Shown here: positions 23,651 through 23,716 of the stretch, one piece after another | How positions within the stretch are numbered: position 1 is the stretch's first letter | How the letters are laid out: every line of letters begins with the position of its first letter | Origin: Octopus sinensis | Lineage: Eukaryota | DNA length: 23,716 bases | Direction: 5' to 3' | Assembly: GCF_006345805.1 (NCBI RefSeq) | Contig: NW_021836593.1 | Span: 1-23,716, forward strand | Position numbers and translations under genes: made by a program | The notes under the pieces: model-generated | What the model saw: only the letters and a program-made list of their open reading frames with translations | Database searches by the model: none | Told to the model about the DNA's origin: nothing

Positions 23651-23716
23651 TTAGTATTTGGTGGGGATAAAGAAGAACATAATATTAGCAAAACGACTTC
23701 AACTGCAACAGGAGAA

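Overview
Repeat-dense, AT-rich eukaryotic non-coding DNA. I infer it is from an octopus or other coleoid cephalopod, from the microsatellite load and SINE types as I recall them (no search run). No host protein-coding exon can be supported. Almost all tracked ORFs are artefacts of simple repeats or decayed transposon frames. Identifiable content: two 5'-truncated L1/Tx1-clade LINE 3' ends plus a 60-bp extra 3' tip, each abutting a microsatellite; a Helitron 5' fragment apparently nested in a split SINE; three mariner-derived pieces; several tRNA-derived SINEs; and many SSR arrays, including a 1.5-kb CAT/CAC array. The most interesting signals are hammerhead-ribozyme-like motifs in inverted, Penelope-like repeats (3884-4248, 22799-23066, 23161-23300) and possible microsatellite targeting by the Tx1 elements. 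These belong to known classes of biology; whether the specific families are undescribed needs database checks.
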